From Patescibacteria group bacterium (GTDB lineage: Bacteria; Patescibacteriota; Minisyncoccia; Phycocordibacterales; PALSA-1337), in NCBI GenBank assembly GCA_040387635.1, contig JAZKDJ010000001.1:243851-307850 (forward strand): a stretch of 64,000 nt of DNA, read 5' to 3'. Shown here one piece after another: positions 24,802 to 36,904 of the stretch. Every line of letters starts with the position of its first letter. The first letter of the stretch is position 1. Under the pieces are notes generated by a model. That model was not told the DNA's origin, did not search any database, and worked only from the letters and a program-made list of their open reading frames with translations. Both the position numbers and the translations under genes were made by a program.

Positions 24802-26226
24802 TTACTCTCCGAGAAAAGAAGCAGCAATTGTAAACAGGTGTTCATCTGCTCCATGTGCACCCACGAGTTGAACTCCCAACGGAAGCTGCTTTCCATCAAC
24901 TGCAGCAAGGCCTGAAGGCATAGAAAGGGCCGGCATTCCTGTAAGGTTCGGAGTTACCGTAAACACATCGGCAAGATACATCTCCATAGGATTAGAAGAC
25001 TTCTCCCCTATTTTCCATGCAGGAGCTGGAGTGGTCGGAGTGAGAATAACATCAACCTCTTCGAAAGCTTTAGCGTAATCACCTCTGATAAGTTCGCGAA
25101 GAGCGTTTGCTTTGTTGTAGTAAGCGTCATAGTAGCCTGAAGAAAGCACATAAGCTCCGAGAAGGATTCTTCGGCGCGCTTCTTTACCGAATCCCGCAGT
25201 ACGAGACTGAACATAATCATCGATAAGAGTTTTACCTTCTTTGTAGAGTCCATAGCGTACACCATCAAAACGTCCAAGGTTAGACGATATTTCAGCGAAG
25301 TTGATTATATAGTACGCAGGCAAAGCGTAACGAGCATGTGGCACTGATATGTCTTTGATTTCATATCCGAGTGCTTTGAATTTCTCAACTGATTCATCAA
25401 AATTCTTTTTGACCTGAGTATCGATGCCGTCTGAGATAAGCTCACGAGGAATGCCGATCACACCCTTAGTTCCCTTCAGAGGCTTTACTGGATATGTAGT
25501 TGTAGAAATCGTAGTGCCATCATTAATATCTTGTCCACGAACGATTTCAAAAAGTGCTTTGACATCGCCGACGGTTTTACCCATAGGACCAATTTGATCA
25601 AACGACGAAACCGCTGCCATCAATCCATATCGAGAGACACTACCGTAGGTAGGCTTGAGACCAACGATTCCACAGAAGCTTGCAGGCTGACGCACAGAGC
25701 CTCCAGTATCAGAACCAAGCGATACCAATGTTCCACCCATAGCTACTGCCGCAGCTGAACCTCCTGAAGTTCCTCCTGGCACTCTTGATGTATCGTGAGG
25801 ATTTTTTGTCGCTCCATAGATCGATTTCTCTGTTGAACCTCCCATGGCGAACTCGTCCATGTTTGTCCTACCAATGAGTACTGCTCCAGCCTCCTTGAGG
25901 CGCTTGATCGCTGTAGCGTCATATGTAGAGTGATAGTCTTTGAGCATTGCTGAAGCAGAGCTCGCAATGTTGTCCTTCACCAAAATGTTGTCTTTGACGG
26001 CCACAGGAATTCCAGTGAGCTTAGTTGCCTTCCCTGCTGCGATGATTGCATCAGCTGCATCGGCCTGTTTAAGCACGTCGCTATACACTTCAACAAAAGC
26101 GTTAATGTCAGAATTCTTTGCAGAGATAACGTCCAAGTAAGCCTGCGCAAGATCACGAGCAGAATACTTCTTCGCCAAAAGATCCTTGTGCGCCTGTTCG
26201 ATTGTAAGATTTGATATGTCGATCAT
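24802..26226 (-). CDS. gatA: Asp-tRNA(Asn)/Glu-tRNA(Gln) amidotransferase subunit A
   Basis: 474 aa with the amidase signature GGSSGGSAAAVA-like (GGTSGGSAAAVAMG) and LTGIPVAVKDNI. It lies immediately downstream of gatC. Confidence 0.95.
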   Translation of the reverse strand: MIDISNLTIEQAHKDLLAKKYSARDLAQAYLDVISAKNSDINAFVEVYSDVLKQADAADAIIAAGKATKLTGIPVAVKDNILVKDNIASSASAMLKDYHSTYDATAIKRLKEAGAVLIGRTNMDEFAMGGSTEKSIYGATKNPHDTSRVPGGTSGGSAAAVAMGGTLVSLGSDTGGSVRQPASFCGIVGLKPTYGSVSRYGLMAAVSSFDQIGPMGKTVGDVKALFEIVRGQDINDGTTISTTTYPVKPLKGTKGVIGIPRELISDGIDTQVKKNFDESVEKFKALGYEIKDISVPHARYALPAYYIINFAEISSNLGRFDGVRYGLYKEGKTLIDDYVQSRTAGFGKEARRRILLGAYVLSSGYYDAYYNKANALRELIRGDYAKAFEEVDVILTPTTPAPAWKIGEKSSNPMEMYLADVFTVTPNLTGMPALSMPSGLAAVDGKQLPLGVQLVGAHGADEHLFTIAASFLGE

Positions 26227-26232
26227 AAAAAA

Positions 26233-26526
26233 TTACTCGGCGATTATTTTCTTCACAGTAAGATAATCACCTTCTCTGTGTGGAGCTTCGTCCAAAAGCG
26301 TCTGAGTCTGTTCTCCTGGTGTGTTTGAAACCTCATCGGCTCTCATTACGTTCTTTAGCGCGCCCGTACGAGATTCGGCCTGAGCTGGAGAAATTTTACC
26401 TGAAATATCCGCAATGTAAGACAAAATTACCTTAGCCTCTTCAGCAAACTGCACTTTCTCCTCCTCCGTAAGCTCGATTCTTGAGAGAGCCGCTAGAGAT
26501 TCAATATCTGCTTTAGTTATATCCAT
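26233..26526 (-). CDS. gatC: Asp-tRNA(Asn)/Glu-tRNA(Gln) amidotransferase subunit C
   Basis: 97 aa. DIESLAALSRIELTEEEKVQFAEEAKVILSYI... is typical of GatC, and the gene is adjacent to gatA. Confidence 0.9.
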   Translation of the reverse strand: MDITKADIESLAALSRIELTEEEKVQFAEEAKVILSYIADISGKISPAQAESRTGALKNVMRADEVSNTPGEQTQTLLDEAPHREGDYLTVKKIIAE

Positions 26527-26573
26527 AAAAATCGTTATGAATCGATTCTAGCATAGAGCCTGGGATTACGGAA

Positions 26574-28709
<2,136 letters not shown>

Positions 28710-29234
28710 CTATTGATATGTAAACTGAAGTGCTCTTTCTACTCGCTTGAGGTTAATCTGATCGCAGAACTCCTGCTTGTTGGGCTCAGTACCTGATCCA
28801 AGTCTTCCTCCCACGTTATATCCCAAAGACGTCACTGATGTCTGTACGTACCCTCCAACTGCCTCCTTAGTAACCTTAACCAGTGCACACCGTCTCTCAA
28901 CTCCTGTTAAGCTCCTTGAGACTATAGGAAATTCAGTCACCCACTTCTCATCACTTCCACCTTCCCGACTTGCTGTGATCGCATGATTAGTTCCGTCACA
29001 TGTAACTGTAAGTGGTGGATAAGCGCCTGATGATGTCGAGAAAGCATTCTGTCCTTCCCAGTAGAGTGCACATTCCAATCCGTTGTCTGCCATATAGATG
29101 GCGGCTTGCGATTCCTTTGCTCCAGATGATAGCAAGACCTCTTTGCGAGCAATTGAAAGAATAGAAACTCCAACCGAGAGAATGATCGAGGTTATGAGGA
29201 TCGCAAACAAAAGTGTGTAGCCGCGGTTATACAT
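28710..29234 (-). CDS. PilX-like minor pilin/pilus assembly protein
   Basis: 174 aa. The N-terminus MYNRGYTLLFAILITSIILSVGVSILSIA is a pilin-like hydrophobic helix without Glu5. It is the last gene of the minor-pilin run. Confidence 0.55.
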   Translation of the reverse strand: MYNRGYTLLFAILITSIILSVGVSILSIARKEVLLSSGAKESQAAIYMADNGLECALYWEGQNAFSTSSGAYPPLTVTCDGTNHAITASREGGSDEKWVTEFPIVSRSLTGVERRCALVKVTKEAVGGYVQTSVTSLGYNVGGRLGSGTEPNKQEFCDQINLKRVERALQFTYQ

Positions 29235-29239
29235 ATTGA

Positions 29240-29788
29240 TTATCTATACACATTATAAAGATTGCTCTTGATCGACGTGGTGTTGGTTATCTTGCCGCTC
29301 TTCCATACAACAGTCACCTGAACTCGAGCTTCGTCCTGAATGCCAGTTGCCGTCTCTTTCATCACCACAGTGTAAAAACGCTTATAGAGTGTAGGGTTAC
29401 CAGTATTAACATGGGTGAAGCGTTGCTCACTATCGAAATACAACTGTCCGCATGTTGTCGAGCTTGAGCATTCAGTCTGAGCTCCAGTAATAGTATCTAC
29501 AGTACAGCGCTTGTTCGTAGTTTCACTGCATTCGACTCCATTTTCATTAAAATCCGCTGTCCAATACAATGCACCCTCATCAATATCTCCTTCGATAAGA
29601 GATCCGTCGCGGATATTCTTTATATACTCCATGGCATCTTGCGCAAGATAGTTTGCAGTAATCTGCTCACGAGCCGTGACTGCAGCAATGAGTCCCCTAT
29701 TGGCAATGGTCAAAGGACCCACGATTGCGATCATGAGTATCGCTACGGCGATAAGTGTTTCTATAATTGTGAAGCCTTTTGTAGTCAT
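29240..29788 (-). CDS. Type IV minor pilin (prepilin-type N-terminal cleavage/methylation domain)
   Basis: MTTKG|FTIIETLIAVAILMIAIVGPL. Confidence 0.8.
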   Translation of the reverse strand: MTTKGFTIIETLIAVAILMIAIVGPLTIANRGLIAAVTAREQITANYLAQDAMEYIKNIRDGSLIEGDIDEGALYWTADFNENGVECSETTNKRCTVDTITGAQTECSSSTTCGQLYFDSEQRFTHVNTGNPTLYKRFYTVVMKETATGIQDEARVQVTVVWKSGKITNTTSIKSNLYNVYR

Positions 29789-29799
29789 GATGTTATGAA

Positions 29800-30354
29800 C
29801 TATTCCATTGCTCTCTGCGAAACTGTGGTCTGCAAGTTAAAGTAACTCTTATCACGTTCTCTCATGCCGGCATACCCACTAAGCGTAATCCTAACCATAG
29901 GCTGTGCCGTAAGCGATCCTTCATTGATAATGTTGAATTCCATCTTAGTCACATTGAGTTCCCTTGAAACAATGGATGCGTAATCACTGAGATCCGCAGA
30001 GCCTGAACAGCCTTCAGATTTCTCAATAGTGTTCTCTGTTGTATTAAGCCTGTATCGAATTGAAAATGGTTCAGTATCCTGATCGCAGCCACGATCAATG
30101 TCGTTAAGCGGCTGAAATTCTATAGTCTCAATATTGCCACTCACGTTAGTATATTCAAAAGATGTTCTAAGTTCGCGTGACATAGTCTCTAAAGCGAAGT
30201 TCAAGTTGTTAACCGCAGTCTTAAGCGCTTGTGCCTTCTTGTTAGCATCAACCACTTTAAGGAAAGCTCCCACTGCCACCAAAGCCACCACAGCGAAGAT
30301 ACCGAGAGAGACGATGATTTCAACGAGCGTAAATCCTTGGTTAAATTTCTTCAT
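29800..30354 (-). CDS. Type IV minor pilin (prepilin-type N-terminal domain)
   Basis: From ATG 30354: MKKFNQG|FTLVEIIVSLGIFAVVALVAV. It starts 1 nt after the upstream gene's stop. Confidence 0.8.
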   Translation of the reverse strand: MKKFNQGFTLVEIIVSLGIFAVVALVAVGAFLKVVDANKKAQALKTAVNNLNFALETMSRELRTSFEYTNVSGNIETIEFQPLNDIDRGCDQDTEPFSIRYRLNTTENTIEKSEGCSGSADLSDYASIVSRELNVTKMEFNIINEGSLTAQPMVRITLSGYAGMRERDKSYFNLQTTVSQRAME

Positions 30355-30355
30355 A

Positions 30356-30964
30356 CTATTGTTCAATTGAGATCTGTCCGTTGTCTCGAACAATTATCTT
30401 TCGTGTCGATCCGTCAGTCGCAGCAACTACGATCTTGGCATATCTTTTTCGCGGTCCTCCTGGAGTGGTGGTTATGATGGCTGTCGGATCTGGACGCTTG
30501 AAGGCAACACTCAAAGCACTCACAGGACTACTGTCGCATGTTGAGTCGGAGTTACTAGCACAAAGAGACTTGATAGACATGTTCTTCTTGAGCTTGTATT
30601 TGTTGAGAACCTCATCCGCAGGACTAGATTGGTAGAAAAAATCTCCTGAAGCATCGACGAACAATTTGAATTCGTCATTTGCGCCTGTATTGAAATATGT
30701 TCCGTAGGCACTGTCGAAGTTACCTCCAATTCCCTGTCGCACATACAATCCATAAGCCTGCGCCTGGCGGATAGTAATAGCAATATCGTAAGCAACGTTA
30801 GTGACAAGAATTGAGCCATTGAACGTGCCGTATTTAGAAACAAGAAACGCTGTCATGAAAACGAAAATGGAAATAGAGATCATGAGTTCCACGAGCGTAA
30901 AGCCCCGTTTACCAGAAGCTCGCTTCTTTTGTTGTATGAATGGTGCAAATAACATGGTGTACAT
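30356..30964 (-). CDS. Type IV minor pilin (prepilin-type N-terminal domain)
   Basis: ...KKRASGKRG|FTLVELMISISIFVFMTAFLV. The start codon is uncertain (M1 or M4). Confidence 0.75.
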   Translation of the reverse strand: MYTMLFAPFIQQKKRASGKRGFTLVELMISISIFVFMTAFLVSKYGTFNGSILVTNVAYDIAITIRQAQAYGLYVRQGIGGNFDSAYGTYFNTGANDEFKLFVDASGDFFYQSSPADEVLNKYKLKKNMSIKSLCASNSDSTCDSSPVSALSVAFKRPDPTAIITTTPGGPRKRYAKIVVAATDGSTRKIIVRDNGQISIEQ

Positions 30965-30972
30965 CCTCTATT

Positions 30973-31776
30973 CTAACGCAAACTGACCATACTATCGATA
31001 AAGAAATTCACATGGTAGATGTCGGCCCCGATCCATAGCGCTAGGTATATACCTATTATGAGAAAAGGGGCGAAAGGAATTTCTGATTTCATGCCAACAT
31101 GTTTCCTGTCTTTGATGATCTTATAGACACCAACAATGGCACCAATCCAAAATGCCAGAATTATCGCTGAAAGTCCCTGAGCTAATCCAAGCGCCCATCC
31201 AATTCCCCATGCGAGCTTTGCATCACCAAATCCCATCGCTCTTCCCTTCGAAAAAAGCCATATCAAAGCAAATGGCGCAAAGAGAATCGGTCCAGCCAAC
31301 ACGTCTCTAATAAGAGGCATGTGGATACCTGTTTCTCCACCCAAGAACAATGAGATGCCAGCAATAATAATGAAGGCATACACAAAAGGATCGGGAATGA
31401 TTTTGTGATGCGCATCATACACAAGGATGGCGATAAGAAGGCATCCCATGATGAGATGAGCGACCAAGAGAAGCGCTCCTCCAAAATCCTGAGGCATTAT
31501 AGTAAACGTCAAAAGAACGAAGATTAGACCCGTCAATGTTTCCACAAGTGGATACTGCCAAGAAATCTTTGCTTTGCATTTCACACACCTTCCTGCCTGT
31601 AACAAAAAGCTGATCACAGGTACAAGCTCATACCAAGCAAGAGTCTTGCCGCAGGAGAAACATTTCGATCTTCCCCCAATTCCCATGCCGGTGTTATATC
31701 GCAAAGCAACGACATTAAGAAAACTCCCGACGATTAATCCAAAGATGAAAATAAAAATGCCGAGCAGGAAGATCAT
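30973..31776 (-). CDS. pilD: Prepilin peptidase / N-methyltransferase (A24 family)
   Basis: From ATG 31776: MIFLLGIFIFIFGLIVGSFLNVVALRY..GRSKCFSCGKTLAWYELVPVISFLLQAGRCVKCKAKISWQYPLVE, with GFGDAKL downstream. Confidence 0.9.
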   Translation of the reverse strand: MIFLLGIFIFIFGLIVGSFLNVVALRYNTGMGIGGRSKCFSCGKTLAWYELVPVISFLLQAGRCVKCKAKISWQYPLVETLTGLIFVLLTFTIMPQDFGGALLLVAHLIMGCLLIAILVYDAHHKIIPDPFVYAFIIIAGISLFLGGETGIHMPLIRDVLAGPILFAPFALIWLFSKGRAMGFGDAKLAWGIGWALGLAQGLSAIILAFWIGAIVGVYKIIKDRKHVGMKSEIPFAPFLIIGIYLALWIGADIYHVNFFIDSMVSLR

Positions 31777-31781
31777 AAAGA

Positions 31782-32315
31782 CTAAGGCTTCATGTCGTAA
31801 ACTGTAGGAAGCGTTCCATCGATACAGTTGGAAGCTCCACATGCCGCTTCAGTTCCTGTAACTTGGGTATACCAACCGCTTACGCTATTACTTGAGAAAT
31901 CAGTGTCGTCATTGAGAGCTGTACTTGTCGGTACTTCCAATGTGGCGCTTATGTGATAGTCGACAATTTTTCCACTGCTGTCTTTCATGTATGCATACTT
32001 ATAAGGAGTGTTGTCCGTGTCGGTAGGTACTCTGCTCATGAACAGACCTAGGTTGACGATCTGCTGCTCTGACGTACCAGGATTGAGCGTACATGACGGA
32101 GTGCTCAAGCTGCTCATCTTTGTAGGATAGTTGTCGCACTTCTCAAAATACTGTGCAGCTGCAAGCTGAAGTGATGCGATATCAGAAACACGCTTTGTGT
32201 CTCTCGCCTTCGCTCTCGAAGATCCAAAGTTAGACATCACCACACCTGAAAGAATAGCGATAATAGTCACAACCACCATGAGCTCAATAAGAGTAAATCC
32301 TTTTGTTTTATCCAT
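31782..32315 (-). CDS. Type IV pilin (third pilin paralogue)
   Basis: From ATG 32315: MDKTKG|FTLIELMVVVTIIAILSGVVMSNFGSSRAKARD. It starts 10 nt after the stop of the GT2 gene and ends 5 nt before the pilD ATG. Confidence 0.85.
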   Translation of the reverse strand: MDKTKGFTLIELMVVVTIIAILSGVVMSNFGSSRAKARDTKRVSDIASLQLAAAQYFEKCDNYPTKMSSLSTPSCTLNPGTSEQQIVNLGLFMSRVPTDTDNTPYKYAYMKDSSGKIVDYHISATLEVPTSTALNDDTDFSSNSVSGWYTQVTGTEAACGASNCIDGTLPTVYDMKP

Positions 32316-32325
32316 AATATTTAAA

Positions 32326-33297
32326 TCATACCACATATTTTTTGCGCACCTGTGCAAGCTTTCCATACACATATTTAGCACCTCCGAATATGTAGCCAAA
32401 TATTAATGCAATCCTTAGATTCCCTGCTGAAAAGGCAAACATTTTAAGGCGAGATGCAGGCCGAAGCTTGTTTCTCAAAATCGCCATAAGAATTTTCCTA
32501 GTTTCCGGATCAGCTTTTCGTACTTTGTTCATGACCTGCCCTCCCCACAGAATAGCTGTTAACAGAGAAGCTTCTGCTGCCCACTTATCATAGAGACCTA
32601 GAACAGCTTCGAAAAGCCACACAGCGCGACGAGTAACATTCGATGAGTGATAACGGATATAGAGGAGCGGCACATTGATTTGTACAAATTCTCCAGTCTT
32701 AGCCAGGCGCAGCATGAAGTCCCAATCCTCAGCTGCAGGAAGTTGTTCATCGAATCGTCCAACTAATTCAATAGCACTCCGTCTAACAGCAATCTGACCC
32801 GGATTTCGAAGCCACAGGTTCGTCAGCAACAGTTGTTTAAAAACATTTCCCTCTCTTATGCGATGGTCGAAATACGACACGATATCGCCGCGAGGTTTTC
32901 CAACATCATCTATATACTTAAAATTACAATAACTTAGGATTGCCTCAGGCTTCTCTTCTAATCGTTCAAGATGCATACGAACCTTCTCTACGTCCCACAC
33001 ATCATCAGTATCAAGAAACATAACAATATCAGCCTGCGAGCGGTTAAAGCCCTCGTTGCGAGCATGACTTATGCCTGTATTCTTTGGAAATTTTACAAAA
33101 TCAATTTGTGCTGGAGAAGAAGCTTTGTACCTCGAAACTAATTGTTCGGTTCCATCTTCAGACCCATCATCAATAATTATTATTTTCGTAACAGGATGGG
33201 TCTGACTAAAAACTGAATCCAGCGCATATCCAAGATAATGCGCAGTATTATAGGTAGGAATGATGACATCAACGGTCAGATTATTTTTGCTTGGCAT
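32326..33297 (-). CDS. Glycosyltransferase family 2
   Basis: From ATG 33297: MPSKNNLTVDVIIPTYNTAHYLGYALDSVFSQTHPVTKIIIIDDGSEDGT..., followed by the DTDD (DxD) motif. Confidence 0.85.
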   Translation of the reverse strand: MPSKNNLTVDVIIPTYNTAHYLGYALDSVFSQTHPVTKIIIIDDGSEDGTEQLVSRYKASSPAQIDFVKFPKNTGISHARNEGFNRSQADIVMFLDTDDVWDVEKVRMHLERLEEKPEAILSYCNFKYIDDVGKPRGDIVSYFDHRIREGNVFKQLLLTNLWLRNPGQIAVRRSAIELVGRFDEQLPAAEDWDFMLRLAKTGEFVQINVPLLYIRYHSSNVTRRAVWLFEAVLGLYDKWAAEASLLTAILWGGQVMNKVRKADPETRKILMAILRNKLRPASRLKMFAFSAGNLRIALIFGYIFGGAKYVYGKLAQVRKKYVV

Positions 33298-34288
33298 GAG
33301 CTTTAAGTACTTTATACTTAATTGTGTATTTGAGTTTCTCGTAGCGAAGACGCATAGGTAGTGGCACCACTCTTTCAATTATATTTTTCTTCCGTGCTCG
33401 TATCGCAAGCCTAATGCTTTTGATTCTCTTTTTCCAACCCACTGGTTTACCAAACGAATTTTTCCAAGCGCTATCATCGGCATATCTTCGAAAAACCTTA
33501 TACGCTAGAGCTGTAGCAGGATCATCTGTCCACGGTTTCTTACTTCCCAAAAAATGATAAATAACAGGATTGGCCAATGTTTCCTCACGCTCGCGTTGAT
33601 CCTGAAAAGGAGTTTTGTGAACACTGACTCCTTCTGCACAATTAAACTTTGGATGTAAACGTGTAATAAGGCCTTGAGAAACTTCATTCAAAGCATCTTG
33701 GTCCATAAGAAATGGTTTTTCACGCTCAATATATTCTAGTGCTTTCTTCAAGAAACCTTCCCTTCTCCAACGTGGAAGATTAATAAGCAACACTCCCGCA
33801 TTTGAATACCAAAGAGGCCGTACCTTATCAAAAAATTCCTGTCCTCCAAGATGATCTCGCACAGCCGCAAAGTAATTGTTTCCGATATCAACGTTCCACA
33901 ACTGCGCAATATCACTCATAAGTACAACGTCGCAATCAAGATATATAACCTTATCAAGCGTTGGGAAAATATGTTCGACGGCGAACCTGTAGTAAGTAGC
34001 TTCCGTCATGTACAGATTCGTAATGAGCGAAGAATATATGTCCTTACTGATTTCAATGAGGTAGACCTCTGCTCCAAACTTTGTTTCCAGTCCCTCATAC
34101 TTTGATATGTCTTCCTGCGAAATTCCTCCATCAGCTATAAATATTTTAAGTTTCTTCGGATCCTTAGCTGTCATGCAAAGAGAAGTAAGCATGACACCCG
34201 TCACAGCAGCATAATTGGCATCAGTAGCGCAATATATGTAAATCCCCCCTTCTTTACTAGGAAGGTTATATGATTGAATCTTTTTCAT
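33281..34288 (-). CDS. Glycosyltransferase family 8
   Basis: IYIYCATDANYAAVTGVMLTSL...VIYLDCDVVLMSDIAQLW...NAGVLLINLPRWR matches the GT8 pattern. Confidence 0.8.
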   Translation of the reverse strand: MKKIQSYNLPSKEGGIYIYCATDANYAAVTGVMLTSLCMTAKDPKKLKIFIADGGISQEDISKYEGLETKFGAEVYLIEISKDIYSSLITNLYMTEATYYRFAVEHIFPTLDKVIYLDCDVVLMSDIAQLWNVDIGNNYFAAVRDHLGGQEFFDKVRPLWYSNAGVLLINLPRWRREGFLKKALEYIEREKPFLMDQDALNEVSQGLITRLHPKFNCAEGVSVHKTPFQDQREREETLANPVIYHFLGSKKPWTDDPATALAYKVFRRYADDSAWKNSFGKPVGWKKRIKSIRLAIRARKKNIIERVVPLPMRLRYEKLKYTIKYKVLKAHAKQK

Positions 34289-35265
34289 TTCATTAACTTC
34301 CGAACCTTAGCTTTTGCGTTCTCGTATCTAATTCTAACAAAATACGGCACGAATTTCTCTATATAGTATTTGCGGTACATCCGAAATGTCCTCTCAGTGA
34401 AAGGCTTACCCTGCCACACCTCCCATCTATCAAACCATTTCCTGAAGGACCAAGGGATGTATGCTTCATATCGATATTGCCAATCAACAGGATCAGACGA
34501 TGCTCCTTCCCACACTGTACCCCTTAGATAAAAACGGAACGCACGTCGATATCGATGAGTTGATACCACGTGCCAAGGCTTCTTTGATCCTGCAAAATGA
34601 ACAATGTGAGGTCTCCACAAAAACTTTTTCCTCTCACGTAAGTCATGAACGATATAGTTATATGTGAGCGGCAACTCCAAAAAACTTTTTGAGAACAATA
34701 TATTAAACACAGGCTGGTCATTCCTTTCCTTGATCGTTTCTTTATTCTGAAGAGCAACATTGAAAAACGCCTCAGCAAGACCAATCTTCCGCAAATATGA
34801 AAGATTCAAAAGCATCACACCCGAATTAAATACTTCAAGTCCGTCTTTTGGTAAATATGGATCTACGACAGCCCCAAGAGGATTGCTCGAAATGTCATAT
34901 CTATAGAGCTGTTTTATATTTCTTAGGAAAATAACATCTGGATCGATATATAAAGCAGTGTGAAATGTACCTGGAAGAATATCAGGAATAAAAGCTTTAA
35001 AATAAGCTGTTCTACTTACATGCCCTCGCGTCGGGATATGCGGCATCGCATTCAGCCATTCGTTCATATCAACAACAACATATTCGAGCGAGTGCTTAGT
35101 AAGAATAGTTACAAGGTGTGTCAGATTTTCTTGCGTGACACTATCCAATAATAAATATATAGCAGGGCGCTCTCCTGCTTTAGAATTCCTAGCAAAAGAT
35201 TTGAGCATCGCCGCCGCTGCAATTACATAGGAATTATCAAAAAGAGTTACCAATGCATGCTTCAT
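34285..35265 (-). CDS. Glycosyltransferase family 8 (second copy)
   Basis: ALVTLFDNSYVIAAAAMLKSF...ALYIDPDVIFLRNIKQLY...FNSGVMLLNLSYLR. It has 4-nt overlaps with both neighbours. Confidence 0.8.
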   Translation of the reverse strand: MKHALVTLFDNSYVIAAAAMLKSFARNSKAGERPAIYLLLDSVTQENLTHLVTILTKHSLEYVVVDMNEWLNAMPHIPTRGHVSRTAYFKAFIPDILPGTFHTALYIDPDVIFLRNIKQLYRYDISSNPLGAVVDPYLPKDGLEVFNSGVMLLNLSYLRKIGLAEAFFNVALQNKETIKERNDQPVFNILFSKSFLELPLTYNYIVHDLRERKKFLWRPHIVHFAGSKKPWHVVSTHRYRRAFRFYLRGTVWEGASSDPVDWQYRYEAYIPWSFRKWFDRWEVWQGKPFTERTFRMYRKYYIEKFVPYFVRIRYENAKAKVRKLMK

Positions 35266-36047
35266 ATCATGGAATGACTATTCGTCAGATCCTTATACAC
35301 GCTAAGAACCTTTTCAGTATTGCCGTCAGCAATTAGTTTTCCCTTATTCAATAAAATAACACGACTAACTATCTTCTTGATGGTTTCAATACTGTGGCTA
35401 ACACAAATGACGGTAACTCCCTTCTTCTGAATGAGATCTTGAATTGTCTGGAAACCTTTTTTCTGGAATTCAATGTCCCCCAATGAGAGCACCTCATCCA
35501 AAATTAGGATCTCAGGTTCCAAATGAATGGCCACCGAAAACGCCAGACGCACGAACATACCGCTGGAATACTTTTTGACCGGCACATCAATAAACTCTCC
35601 AATTCCAGAATACTCAATAATAAGTGGCAGCTTCTCTTTAATTGCACTACCTCCCATCCCCAAAAGAGTGGCATTAAGGAAAATATTCTCACGACCAGAA
35701 AGTTCCGGATGAAAACCTGTACCCACTTCCAACAGAGAAGTGACCTTACTTCGAAGCAGCACTCTTCCCTTTGTTGGTAGCGTTATATTGGAAATAATCT
35801 TTAGGAGCGTTGATTTGCCCGAACCGTTGCGACCAATAATTCCGAGAGCTTCTCCTTTTTTTACACTGAACGAAACATCCTGCAGTGCCCAAAAATCATG
35901 ACTATGGAGGCGCTCTTTGTTACTGAACACACTCATAACCCTCTCTGTTCGACGCGCTAATGCGTCACGTAAGGTTGTGTTTTGCACTCCTTCTGTTCGG
36001 ATTGCGTATTTCTTGCTAACAGATTGAACTTCAAGAATAGGTTCCAT
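35262..36047 (-). CDS. ABC transporter ATP-binding protein, polysaccharide/teichoic-acid export type (Wzt/TagH-like)
   Basis: Walker A GRNGSGKSTLLK, signature YSSGMFVRLAF and Walker B ILILDE. The N-terminal FWALQDVSF context is typical of Wzt/TagH. Confidence 0.85.
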   Translation of the reverse strand: MEPILEVQSVSKKYAIRTEGVQNTTLRDALARRTERVMSVFSNKERLHSHDFWALQDVSFSVKKGEALGIIGRNGSGKSTLLKIISNITLPTKGRVLLRSKVTSLLEVGTGFHPELSGRENIFLNATLLGMGGSAIKEKLPLIIEYSGIGEFIDVPVKKYSSGMFVRLAFSVAIHLEPEILILDEVLSLGDIEFQKKGFQTIQDLIQKKGVTVICVSHSIETIKKIVSRVILLNKGKLIADGNTEKVLSVYKDLTNSHSMI

Positions 36048-36049
36048 GG

Positions 36050-36862
36050 CTAGATCACATCAATAATAGTAGTATCCATTTTTGCAAAGATTATATATCC
36101 GACAATGAAATATACAATTCCTGGAAGAAACGCAGCGAGGATCATCCCTCCCGTCAGTAGGTCTGCCGAAAAAAAGCCATGACGTACCACTTCGAGAATC
36201 GGTACCATAGGATTCAACCACGACCACCATCCCCCGCTCATATTTGATGTGTAATAAAACACAGGTGTAGCAAAGAGAAGTATCTGGATTATAAATGGCA
36301 GAATAAACTGCACATCCCTAAACCTCGCGTTAAGCATGCTCGTAATGAATCCCAATCCCATCACAGCAATATATGCAGATATAATCATGAGAACATACAC
36401 TCCTACGCCCAAGAGAGTTATAGGAATGTCATAAAAAAAGAACATTCCAAATACAAGAATGGTTCCTATGGCAAAATCTACAAGCTGCACAAACACTCCC
36501 GAAATCGGAATTATGATTCTAGGAAAATATATCTTTGTTATGATTCCTGCATTGACCACCAAAGAGTTGCTGATTTTACCCAAGGAATTAGAAAAGAAAA
36601 ACCAAAAGACAAAGCCAATTGCGATAAAAAGCGGGTAAGGAACCCCTTCAACTAAACCTTTATTCTTTAAAGCCAGTGACACGAGAAGCACTGCTACTGC
36701 GGGCTGAAAGAAAGCCCATCCGATTCCAACCAAGCTTTGCTTGTATCTAACCTTGAAATCACGCAACGAAAGAAAATAAATGAGCTGTCGATGCTGCCAT
36801 ACTTCTTTGACTGCAGACCAAGAGAGACGGCTTTGAGAATTAATTTCTTTCACAACTACCAT
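36050..36862 (-). CDS. ABC-2 type transporter permease (Wzm/TagG-like)
   Basis: From ATG 36862: ...VWQHRQLIYFLSLRDFKVRYKQSLVGIGWAFFQPAVAVLL.. with 6 TM helices. The longer track ORF (to 37156) would run antisense through the divergent GT2 gene. Confidence 0.85.
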   Translation of the reverse strand: MVVVKEINSQSRLSWSAVKEVWQHRQLIYFLSLRDFKVRYKQSLVGIGWAFFQPAVAVLLVSLALKNKGLVEGVPYPLFIAIGFVFWFFFSNSLGKISNSLVVNAGIITKIYFPRIIIPISGVFVQLVDFAIGTILVFGMFFFYDIPITLLGVGVYVLMIISAYIAVMGLGFITSMLNARFRDVQFILPFIIQILLFATPVFYYTSNMSGGWWSWLNPMVPILEVVRHGFFSADLLTGGMILAAFLPGIVYFIVGYIIFAKMDTTIIDVI

Positions 36863-36904
36863 AAATGTAAGTATACGTATAGAATGAAATAGAACAATAT
36901 ACCC